From NCBI GenBank assembly GCA_041688945.1, contig JBDNHE010000037.1, positions 28,952 to 92,951 of the forward strand: 64,000 bases of DNA, in the 5' to 3' direction. The position numbers were made by a program, and so were the translations under genes. Below are positions 39,222 through 47,473 of the stretch, in pieces. The DNA is from Gemmatimonadota bacterium (lineage in GTDB: Bacteria > Gemmatimonadota > Gemmatimonadetes > Longimicrobiales > Gaopeijiaceae). The notes below the pieces were generated by a model. That model was not told the DNA's origin. It did no database searches and worked only from the letters and a program-made list of their open reading frames with translations. Positions within the stretch are counted from its first letter, which is position 1. Every line of letters begins with the position of its first letter.

Positions 39222-41170
39222 TCGGAGAGAGTGCCCAGACGCTCTGTGAGCGGTGCGTTGGTGATTTCCTGGTCCTGCAGTAACTGCTCCAGGAAAGCCG
39301 CTTCGGATGCGGAGGCGTAGGCTCCGGCGTAGACGCGAAAGACCTCGCTCCCGTCGGAGTACGGGACGCGGAGGATGTGGGCCGGAATCCCGAGGCTCTG
39401 CAGGACCGTCACGCGCTGTTCCGCAGCCGAACGGCCCCGCGTCTCGCCAAGTAGAAAGGCCAGGCTTGCCTCGCGGACAAGCCAGTTGGATGGATCGACT
39501 CCATCGGCGGCCGCTGAAAGCGTCTCAGCCAATGCCTGGGCTGTCTCGCTGTCGGATGCGGGACCCGCCAGGAGCCGGTACCACACCTGACCGTCAACCT
39601 GCACTGGCGCCAGCACGAACTGGACGCCGGCGACGCGGTCGCTCCATGTCCGGGCCTCGGCGCGGGCCACCTCGACGTCGGAAAACGACCCAAGTGCCAG
39701 ACCGAAGGCCGCGATCTCCGCCTGAGGGGTCGGCGTGGCCGACGAAGCAGTCGCCGGGTCGGCCCCGGTGGCGCCCAGGGCAGCCAAACCCGCAGCCGAC
39801 GTCGACTCCGATGCATCTGCGAGCGAGAGGCCCGGAATTTCGATCAATCCGAACCAGATCGCAGTGACAAGCACAACCACCGCCAAGAGAATCAGGACGA
39901 GAACGGTACGGCCCGTCGACGACTTCTCACTCTCGCGCTTGGGCGCCACGACCGGCGTGTCGATCCGGCTGGGAGCTGACGCTCCATCCTCTGAAGCCGT
40001 CGAGTCCGCCTCTGATTCAGCCGGAAGTCCCGCAAAGCCGGCCGGCATCTCCGGGGCCGGGTCAGCCGCGTCTCCAATCAGAGGGTCCAGGAACCGCAAC
40101 GGATCCTCAAACTCCGCGGCGGCTTCTACAACCACTTCTACGTCATCGTCCGGGACCGGACGCTCCCACGCCGGTACATCGGCTGGATCATCGGGAGTGG
40201 CCGTCGAATCACCAGAAGCATCAGAGACGTCCTCAGTCGGAGCGAAGGCGCTCAGATCAAAGACATCGTCGCCATCGGACAGGTCGATAACCATCTCGGA
40301 CTCGTCAGCCAAATCCTCACCCGAAGGGGTTTCCTCCACGCTCGAGGGGGCTTCGTCTTCGGCGTCGAAATCGTCCGGTGTCCAGGGCGACAGGGTATCG
40401 GCAGATGCGACGACGGGTTCGGGCTGCTCGACCTCCGGATCGTCTGATTCGTCTTCGTCCGGATCCGGCGTCTCGGTCTCATCAATGACTGAGTCGTCGT
40501 CGGGAACCTCGGCTCCGACGTGCTCCTCGTCGCCCGATGCGTCCCAGTCGAGTGACGTGGCCAGTGCCGAATCCTCTGCGTTCAGCACCGCTTCGGGATG
40601 CTTTCCATCCGACCGCAGCAAAATCAGAGAGGGCTCGGCGCCCAAGTGGTCTTCGGACACCGTCTCGCCCGGGCTCGCCAGCACATAGACGAGGTCAGCC
40701 CGGCGTACCAGGGCATCCACCGACGCACCATCCGCCGGAGCGAACAACACAAGGAGCGCGCCCGCTTCGGAGAAGCCGGCCGTGAACGAATCCCAACGGG
40801 GGCTCTCCCGGAGCGCACCAGCATCGACCGCCACGGTACCCGCAGTGGCCAGAAACAGATTGGCGTCCAGCCGGTGGGCGACCCTCTTGAATGAGGTCCC
40901 GAATCGGAGCGCATCAGAAATCCCCTCACCGTTGGTGACCCCGGCAGCCTTGTGAAGCGCAGGAGCCTCCAGTGAGGCGTCGCACAGGAAGAGACGCCGA
41001 TCCTGATCGCGCCATCCGCGGGCGAGAGCGAGAGCAGCGCGCCCCGCCCAGCCGTCTTCCCTGCCGCCTTCCGTGTGAAGGAGTAGTACGGTACCGCCCT
41101 GCGGTGCATCAGGCAGAGGCTGAGCACCGGTCTCGTCGATCTTGAGGATCTGTGTCTCAGGAGAGGTCAT
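39218..41170 (-). CDS. SPOR-domain membrane protein with MinD/CpsD-like N-terminal remnant and long acidic linker
   Basis: RLFLCDASLEAPALH...GISDAL; D/E/P-rich stretch; one TM helix; two SPOR-like repeats (WYRLLAGP, FRVYAGAY). Confidence 0.78.
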   Translation of the reverse strand: MTSPETQILKIDETGAQPLPDAPQGGTVLLLHTEGGREDGWAGRAALALARGWRDQDRRLFLCDASLEAPALHKAAGVTNGEGISDALRFGTSFKRVAHRLDANLFLATAGTVAVDAGALRESPRWDSFTAGFSEAGALLVLFAPADGASVDALVRRADLVYVLASPGETVSEDHLGAEPSLILLRSDGKHPEAVLNAEDSALATSLDWDASGDEEHVGAEVPDDDSVIDETETPDPDEDESDDPEVEQPEPVVASADTLSPWTPDDFDAEDEAPSSVEETPSGEDLADESEMVIDLSDGDDVFDLSAFAPTEDVSDASGDSTATPDDPADVPAWERPVPDDDVEVVVEAAAEFEDPLRFLDPLIGDAADPAPEMPAGFAGLPAESEADSTASEDGASAPSRIDTPVVAPKRESEKSSTGRTVLVLILLAVVVLVTAIWFGLIEIPGLSLADASESTSAAGLAALGATGADPATASSATPTPQAEIAAFGLALGSFSDVEVARAEARTWSDRVAGVQFVLAPVQVDGQVWYRLLAGPASDSETAQALAETLSAAADGVDPSNWLVREASLAFLLGETRGRSAAEQRVTVLQSLGIPAHILRVPYSDGSEVFRVYAGAYASASEAAFLEQLLQDQEITNAPLTERLGTLSE

Positions 41171-41311
41171 GGCCGGGTCCGATCAATTCACGCACACACC
41201 GGGCGAACCCGGGGTTCCCGGCAGGGCCGGAAATCGGCGGTAATGGTACCCCGGCGCTGCCCGCGCGGCAATTCGCGTCGGGTGCCCGTCGGGGAGAGGG
41301 GCAATCGCCCT

Positions 41312-41704
41312 TCAGGCCCCTCTGGCTCCGGGACCCGGAGGATCTTTCAGAACGGTCCTGGGAGCGTCACCCCAGAGCCCTTCGAGCTGGTAGAACTCAC
41401 GGGCCTGCGGATGGAAGACGTGGACTACGAAGTTGATGTAGTCCAGCAACACCCAGCGTCCCGTGTCGAGTCCTTCCACGTGAGCAGGGCGTTCGCCCTC
41501 TTTCTTGAGCTCGTCAATCACGTGTTCTGCGATCGCTCGCACCTGGCTGTCAGAATTTCCGTTGGCCAGTACAAAGAAGTCAGTGGCCGTGGAAATTCCA
41601 CGCAGATCAAGAAGGACGACTTCGGTCGCCTTCAGCTCCAGGGTCAGCTCACCGGCGCGGGTGATAACCGCCGGCAGCTCCGATGAGGTATCCGAATTCG
41701 TCAT
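41312..41704 (-). CDS. rsfS: Ribosome silencing factor
   Basis: TDFFVLANG, WVLLDY, HVFHPQAREFYQLEGLW. Confidence 0.96.
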   Translation of the reverse strand: MTNSDTSSELPAVITRAGELTLELKATEVVLLDLRGISTATDFFVLANGNSDSQVRAIAEHVIDELKKEGERPAHVEGLDTGRWVLLDYINFVVHVFHPQAREFYQLEGLWGDAPRTVLKDPPGPGARGA

Positions 41705-41753
41705 TGAATTCCGGGATGCCGACCTCGCTTGCACGAGGTCGGCCACCCGATTC

Positions 41754-42212
41754 TCAGGCCTCGGAGGCGACTACGACGACTTCCACTTCCGGCGCAACGT
41801 CGCCATGCAGCTTGATCGCGACCTGGAACGAACCCAGTTCCTTGATCGGATCCTCCAGCAGGACGGCCTTCTTGTCGACCTGGAAGTCGAAACCACCCTC
41901 GGCGTTGAGCCGCTCGGCAATGTCGGCGCTGGTAACGGACCCGAAGAGCTTGCCCTCTTCACCCGCGTTGACCGCAAAAGTGATCGAGGTGCTCTCGACC
42001 TGTGAAGCCCGACGGCGGGCCTCGAGGTAGTCACGCTTGGCGCCTTCTTCGGCCAGGCGCTGCTCTTCTTCAAGCCGAGCCAGGTTGTCGTCACTGGCCA
42101 CGTAGGCCAGCCCCTGCGGCAGCAGGTAGTTGCGGGCATAGCCCGGCTTCACGTCGACGATCGTCCCGGATTCACCCAGGTTCGACAGCCCCTCTTTCAG
42201 AATCACCTTCAT
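41754..42212 (-). CDS. rplI: 50S ribosomal protein bL9
   Basis: MKVIL, VKPGYARNYLLP, GKLFGSVT, PIKELG. Confidence 0.98.
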   Translation of the reverse strand: MKVILKEGLSNLGESGTIVDVKPGYARNYLLPQGLAYVASDDNLARLEEEQRLAEEGAKRDYLEARRRASQVESTSITFAVNAGEEGKLFGSVTSADIAERLNAEGGFDFQVDKKAVLLEDPIKELGSFQVAIKLHGDVAPEVEVVVVASEA

Positions 42213-42234
42213 CGGATCTCTCCTTGGAACTTCT

Positions 42235-43188
42235 TCAGCTCGCGGGCGTCCGAACCCGGTTCCGGACGTCCAGCCACGTATCACTCAGCCCTACGAAGAG
42301 GGCACCGGCCAGGAGGATGGGAGTCACAAAGAGCATCCCCAGTCCCAGCACAATCGCTCCGAGGAGCGAAATCCCTCCATTCAGGAACAGCATCACAGCC
42401 GCACCGCGGAGCGCATAAAGCGTCCCCATGAACACGACCGTGTTCGATCCTGCCCTGCTCCAACCTTCACCCAGTCCCACCAGAAGCATGAGCAGCCCGC
42501 CAATGAACAGCCAGACCAACTGGTCGGGGAACCGGAATTCGCGCAAACGCCCGAGTGCCCCGATCCCTCCAACCGCCACTCTCTGATAGAGCCACCAGGC
42601 CACTGCCAGTCCTGCAAGCGAAGCCAACCCAAGAAAGGCCGGAAAAAAATCCGCCTGTACTTCGGCTGTCCTCATGACAGACGCTTCGAGCTCTGCTGAC
42701 AAACCTTCCCCACCTCTCGTGGCTTCGAAGATCTGCAGCGCCTGACTCACCCCAGCCGCCAGCCTTTCCCTAACCCGCCAATCAACAGCGGACCACATTC
42801 CAGGCTTCCCCAGAAACAGACCGGCAGCAACCGCACCGGCACCCGCAACTGCAGCAAGCGAACGACTTGTCAGGCGCGCTTCGGGCCAGCGCGTGGTCAA
42901 CGCCACAAACCAACCGCTCAGCAGAACCGCCCAACCCCGCTCAAAAAACCAGAGCGGGTCCGCTCCACCACCGCCGAAGTTCCACAACGCAACCAAGGCC
43001 GCGAGCAGCAGAGCTCCCTTGCGGGGCACCGGCAGCACCAGGACGAGTGCCATGAAAGGCAACCCGACCAGAACTCCCGGCCCAGTGACGGATACTCCCA
43101 GGATCAGGACGGTCAGCGCGAGCGCTGTTCGCCATTGTCCGGGGTGTTGCTCCTCCGGAACCTCAGTTCGGGGCGGAGCTTCCGTCAT
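42235..43188 (-). CDS. DUF2232/YybS-family membrane protein
   Basis: Multi-TM protein ending GLSDTWLDVR; conserved position between rpsR and rplI. Confidence 0.82.
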   Translation of the reverse strand: MTEAPPRTEVPEEQHPGQWRTALALTVLILGVSVTGPGVLVGLPFMALVLVLPVPRKGALLLAALVALWNFGGGGADPLWFFERGWAVLLSGWFVALTTRWPEARLTSRSLAAVAGAGAVAAGLFLGKPGMWSAVDWRVRERLAAGVSQALQIFEATRGGEGLSAELEASVMRTAEVQADFFPAFLGLASLAGLAVAWWLYQRVAVGGIGALGRLREFRFPDQLVWLFIGGLLMLLVGLGEGWSRAGSNTVVFMGTLYALRGAAVMLFLNGGISLLGAIVLGLGMLFVTPILLAGALFVGLSDTWLDVRNRVRTPAS

Positions 43189-43194
43189 CGAAAA

Positions 43195-43827
43195 TTACGC
43201 CTCGTGATCGCGGACGTACGGGATCAGGGCCAAGTAACGAGCCCGCTTTACGGCAGATCCCAACTGACGCTGGAAACGCGCGGCTACCTTGGTCGTGCGC
43301 TTCGGAAGGATCTTGCCACCCTCGGTCAGGAAGCGCGACAGAGTCGACACGTCCTTGTAATTGAGCAGGGTGACGGCCGGTCCCTCGTGCCGACGGCGAC
43401 CACGGCCACCCGAGAACTCCGGCGGGCTGTCGTCGTCATCGTCGCGACCCTCGCGGTCGTCGTCTTCCTCGTCGTCGTCATCCGTCGAATCCTTGGTCGA
43501 CTCGGGACGCTCAGCGACCAGAGAAACGCCGTTGGTCGGTTCGCCTTCGTTGATGACGATCAGGTAGCGAATGACCTCTTCGTCGAGCTTGAGCTGACGC
43601 TCGAACTCGGGAAGGGCTTCGGCTTCCGCTTCGATGTGAACGACCACGTAGTAGCCACTCAGATGCTTGCGGACGGGGTAGGCGAGCTGACGCGCGCCCC
43701 AGTGATCAACCTCGACGACCGCCCCACCATTCAGGTTGGCGACGGCGTGGTGCTTCTCGAGCTTGGCGTTGACGGCCTCTTCATCGAGCGCGGCGTCAAT
43801 GATGTAGACGACTTCATAAAGTCGCAT
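43195..43827 (-). CDS. rpsF-rpsR: Fused 30S ribosomal proteins bS6-bS18
   Basis: aa 1-93 are S6 (MRLYEVVYI, WGARQLAYPV, GYY, VIRYL); acidic linker; aa 141-210 are S18 (NYKDVSTLSRFLTEGGKILPKR, QRQLGSAVKRARYLALIPY). Confidence 0.93.
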   Translation of the reverse strand: MRLYEVVYIIDAALDEEAVNAKLEKHHAVANLNGGAVVEVDHWGARQLAYPVRKHLSGYYVVVHIEAEAEALPEFERQLKLDEEVIRYLIVINEGEPTNGVSLVAERPESTKDSTDDDDEEDDDREGRDDDDDSPPEFSGGRGRRRHEGPAVTLLNYKDVSTLSRFLTEGGKILPKRTTKVAARFQRQLGSAVKRARYLALIPYVRDHEA

Positions 43828-43920
43828 GATGTTCCCTCGGTCCGTAGACGAAAGACGGGCCCCATCCGTTCTGGGCGGCGGTCAGCGGTGCCGGCACCCT
43901 GATGGAGCGGGATGTTTGTA
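43828..43920 (-). promoter_or_regulatory. Probable S6:S18-binding autoregulatory mRNA leader
   Basis: 5' UCCC-GC-UCC can pair with 3' GGA-CCG-A-GGGA, placing CCG in an internal loop beside the sequestered SD. Confidence 0.6.
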
Positions 43921-43956
43921 GCCCAACAAGCTAGTGTCGGAGCGGTTCAGTGTGAA
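43919..43956 (-). promoter_or_regulatory. Sigma70-type promoter of the rpsF-rpsR operon
   Basis: TTCACA-N17-TAGCTT. Confidence 0.6.
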
Positions 43957-44129
43957 CCCCCCGGCTTCCGTGGGGTCAGACAGGCTAAGACCCCTCGACT
44001 CAAGGCCCCGACTCCTTCCCACCGGTGCCTGTTATTCTCCTCCTGATCGTTCGTAAGAGCTTGCGCGCATCGGCGTTTCCTGATTCCATTTTCGAGTATG
44101 ACCCACCCAGACCCATTTCGGAGCAGATC

Positions 44130-45437
44130 GTGAAGCACATCCGTCTAATCGTCCCCGTACTGATTGCTCTCTTCATGCCCAGCCCCGGCGTGAGCGCGCA
44201 GGACGTCCAGGATCCGACCGATCGAGCGGCCCGGGCTGACCTGGGCCCCGCGACCACAGGAGTTGTGGGCGTCGTCATGTTTGGCGGAGAACTGGATCTG
44301 GCTGGCGGCTGGGGCACTCCGGCACCGGGGGACGGTCGCTCCCTGACCGCCGAGTTCCTGATGCCCTATCCGGCGCTGACCGAGATCATGCTGGCCGCCA
44401 CCGTGCGGGCGCTTGATGACGCGGGCCAGTTTGACGCCAACCAGCCTATCGGGCAGTGGGTGCCGGATCTCCCGCCCCTTGTTGCGGCCGTGAGTCTGCA
44501 CCAGCTGCTGACCCACACGGCTGGCCTGGATGATGCCGCTCCGACGCCGGGACTCAACTGGGACAACCTCCTGACCGAGCTCCCCCTGTCTGCGCGGTTC
44601 ACCGCACCGGGGTTGGTCTATTCGCATTCGCGCTACTCCTATCCCCTGGTCGGCAAAGTGCTGGAGCGAGCACTCGGGGCCTCCGTGTCCGAGATCATCA
44701 AGTTCGCCGTAGTCAGACCGCTGGGGATGAGTCGGACTGTTTTCGACCCGGCGCTGGCCGAGTCCGGCGGACTGGCGATGGGAATGCCGGCCATGGCCCG
44801 AGGTCAATACCCCGAATGGGCGCTCCCTGTGGTCTATACGGCGGGCACTGATGTCATCCAGTTCATGGCGGCATGGATGGGTGGCGCAATCCGGGGCGCC
44901 GCGCCTGGAAACGCGGCGCCCGACTTCGGAGACGGCCGCAGCGTCTTCGTAGACGGGGTCTGGGTCCAGAGCGTCGGTGGACTCCTGGACGTCTGGCGCG
45001 ACGAGCGGGCAGTAGGGTTCGGAACCCAGCTGAAGCTCTATCCGGACAACGGGACCGCCGCCTTCTACTGGGCCAACGGTGGGCCACCGGTCAACCTGAT
45101 CAACGCTGTTGACGCCGACCTCCGCTTCTCGATCGGCATTCTCGGGATGCAGCCGGGTCCGACCACTCGGCCGCCACAGATGAACCAAGAGTGGCTCGGC
45201 ACATATCGGAACGGTGACGAGATGATCCAGATCAGGGAGGTGGACAACCGGCTGATGATCTTTGACGGCCAGGTTGAGGTCCAGCTGTTCCGCCGTGAAG
45301 ACGGGATAATGGTCGCCCGCCCCGATGGCACGCGTGAGCTGACCCTGCGCCCACTCAGCGTGCGTGACGTGAAGTTCCTCTACAGGGGGAACCGAGCGTT
45401 CATGCTGGTACCCGAGGGGATGGACGCCGACCAGTAA
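44130..45437 (+). CDS. Secreted beta-lactamase/AmpC-fold serine hydrolase homolog, apparently lacking SxxK
   Basis: Signal peptide from GTG 44130; LHQLLTHTAGL, FTAPG..YSHS, PLGMSRT, GTYRNG. Confidence 0.8.
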   Translation: MKHIRLIVPVLIALFMPSPGVSAQDVQDPTDRAARADLGPATTGVVGVVMFGGELDLAGGWGTPAPGDGRSLTAEFLMPYPALTEIMLAATVRALDDAGQFDANQPIGQWVPDLPPLVAAVSLHQLLTHTAGLDDAAPTPGLNWDNLLTELPLSARFTAPGLVYSHSRYSYPLVGKVLERALGASVSEIIKFAVVRPLGMSRTVFDPALAESGGLAMGMPAMARGQYPEWALPVVYTAGTDVIQFMAAWMGGAIRGAAPGNAAPDFGDGRSVFVDGVWVQSVGGLLDVWRDERAVGFGTQLKLYPDNGTAAFYWANGGPPVNLINAVDADLRFSIGILGMQPGPTTRPPQMNQEWLGTYRNGDEMIQIREVDNRLMIFDGQVEVQLFRREDGIMVARPDGTRELTLRPLSVRDVKFLYRGNRAFMLVPEGMDADQ

Positions 45438-45450
45438 GGCTACAGGGCAT

Positions 45451-45490
45451 AAAAAAACGGCCCCGGCCCTTTCGGGAGCCGGGGCCGTTT
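45451..45490. terminator. Bidirectional intrinsic terminator
   Basis: AAAAAAACGGCCCCGGC...GCCGGGGCCGTTT between convergent genes. Confidence 0.85.
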
Positions 45491-45517
45491 CCGTTCAACC
45501 CTTACCTGCGCATCGGA

Positions 45518-46615
45518 TCAGACGTTGAACCGGAAGAGCATAATGTCGGCATCCTTGACGACGTACTCCTTACCCTCTGATCGGAGCACACCCTTCTCCT
45601 TGGCCTCCTTCCAACCGCCGGTCTCGACAAAGTCGGCGTAGGCCAACGTCTCCGCACGAATGAAACCCCGCTCAAAGTCGCTGTGGATCGCGCCGGCCGC
45701 GTTCGGCCCGGTCGACCCTTCCTTCACGGTCCAGGCCCGAGACTCCTTCTCACCGGTGGTAAAGAAGGTGATCAGCCCCAGCAGGGTGTAGCTCTCGCGG
45801 ATCAGTCGGTCGAGGCCGGACTCGTCCAGCCCCAGCTCTCCCAGGAACTCGACTTTCTCGTCGGGCTCGAGTTCGGAGAGCTCCGATTCGATCGCCGAAC
45901 AGATCGTGACGACACGGCCCGCGCCCTCTTCCTCAACCTTGGCCCGAAGAGCGACGACCCAGGGATTTTCACCCTCGGGGAGATCACTCTCGGCCACGTT
46001 GGCGACGAACAGGACCGGCTTGGAGGTCAGGAGCTGGTACCCGCGCAGAAGCTTGAACTCATCCTCGTCGACCTCGATCTGCCGCACCGGTCGGCCCTCG
46101 CTGAGCGCCGTCTGGGCCTTCTGAAGCACCGCAGCCTCCCGGATGGCCTCCTTCTCACCGCTCTTGGCCTTCTTCAGCATCTTGTCGAGCCGTCGTTCGA
46201 CAGTGTCCAGGTCCGAGAGGATCAGCTCGGTCTCGACGATCTCCTTGTCCCGCACCGGGTCGACGGATCCGAGCACGTGGGTGATGTCCGGGTCGTCAAA
46301 GCAGCGCAGCACATGCGCGATCGCCTCGGTCTCTCGAATATTGCCCAGGAACTGATTCCCCAGACCCTCACCTTCAGAAGCCCCCTCCACCAACCCGGCG
46401 ATGTCCACAAACTGCATGATGGTTGGGACGATCTTGGCCGACCCTGTCTGCTTGTGGATCAGGGCGAGCCTGGGATCCGGCACCTCAACGGTCCCGACGT
46501 TTGGTTCGACGGTGCAGAAGGGATAGTTCTCGGACGGAGCGCCCGCCGCAGTCAACGCGTTGAAGAGAGAGGATTTCCCGACATTGGGGAGTCCGACGAT
46601 TCCAACCTTGAGCAT
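45518..46615 (-). CDS. ychF: Ribosome-binding ATPase YchF
   Basis: [54 protein letters not shown]. Confidence 0.98.
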   Translation of the reverse strand: MLKVGIVGLPNVGKSSLFNALTAAGAPSENYPFCTVEPNVGTVEVPDPRLALIHKQTGSAKIVPTIMQFVDIAGLVEGASEGEGLGNQFLGNIRETEAIAHVLRCFDDPDITHVLGSVDPVRDKEIVETELILSDLDTVERRLDKMLKKAKSGEKEAIREAAVLQKAQTALSEGRPVRQIEVDEDEFKLLRGYQLLTSKPVLFVANVAESDLPEGENPWVVALRAKVEEEGAGRVVTICSAIESELSELEPDEKVEFLGELGLDESGLDRLIRESYTLLGLITFFTTGEKESRAWTVKEGSTGPNAAGAIHSDFERGFIRAETLAYADFVETGGWKEAKEKGVLRSEGKEYVVKDADIMLFRFNV

Positions 46616-46707
46616 GGATTCTTCCGCGGGCACAGGCGATGAAGAGAAAGTCTCTCCGCCCCGTATCCTGATTACATGAAAAAAGGCGCGCAAAAAGGCG
46701 CCGAAAA

Positions 46708-46745
46708 GAGCTTGAAAGGCTAACTTCGGCTCAGGAGACGGTCAA
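46708..46745 (-). promoter_or_regulatory. Sigma70-type promoter of ychF
   Basis: TTGACC-N17-TAGCCT. Confidence 0.65.
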
Positions 46746-46830
46746 TCGGATCGGGGGGTTCGGCCCCCTGCGGTACCCTCGGCGGAACGCTACCTTCGGG
46801 GTTCACTACGGCTGGTTCAACAGGACGGCA

Positions 46831-47427
46831 ATGATGCTCGCACTCTATCTGTTCTCAATGGTCCTGGGTGGAGGCTTCCTCCTGCTCTCGGTTCTGGGCG
46901 GAGACGGTGGCGACGCGGATCTGGATGTCGGCGGCGATGTCGATTTTGACGCAAGTGCCGACACCCACCACGATGCTGGAGCCTCGAAGGTCTTTTCGCT
47001 TCGAGGGGCGGTCTACACCCTGTTCGGCTTCGGTGCCGTGGGCTCTCTGCTCACCTGGCTCGGAGTCGGTTGGAGCGTTGCGCTCGCGGCTTCGCTGGCG
47101 GGTGGCTTCGCCTCGGGGCTGATGATCACGTCAGTGTTCTCGTATCTGGATCGCACGGACTCGGGTGCCCACCAGGGCGACGAAAGTCTCGTCGGACGGA
47201 TGGGGCGGATTACCCTGTCCCTCTCCGCCGGGAGTGCCGGCACCGTCATGGTCGCCAGGGGTGGGCGCGAGGTCCCGTTGCGGGCTCTCCCCCACAGTTC
47301 AGGAGAAGGTGACCCGGCGACGTGGCAACGCATTGTCGTGGTTGAGATCGACTCGGGTGGAATCGCCCGGGTCGCACCCATCACGGATCAGGAAATCTCC
47401 GGCCTTCCTGCGGCCGGATCCGAATGA
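46831..47427 (+). CDS. NfeD-like membrane protein (YuaF/YqiJ type)
   Basis: TM helix, D/H-rich loop, further TM helices, OB-fold tail (LVGRMGRI); directly upstream of flotillin. Confidence 0.82.
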   Translation: MMLALYLFSMVLGGGFLLLSVLGGDGGDADLDVGGDVDFDASADTHHDAGASKVFSLRGAVYTLFGFGAVGSLLTWLGVGWSVALAASLAGGFASGLMITSVFSYLDRTDSGAHQGDESLVGRMGRITLSLSAGSAGTVMVARGGREVPLRALPHSSGEGDPATWQRIVVVEIDSGGIARVAPITDQEISGLPAAGSE

Positions 47428-47473
47428 GCAGAACCGACGCCAGGTCGGTCTTTAATTTGCAGAGGAGTACGAT

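Noticed and set aside
43420-43460. Hidden separate rpsR start inside the S6-S18 linker
   Set aside because: The only ATG after an SD-like GAGG is out of frame and encodes a non-S18 peptide.
43940-44030. Possible 6S RNA (GGTTCA...TGAACC hairpin)
   Set aside because: No long rod with a central bubble was found, and the hairpin overlaps the predicted rpsF -35.
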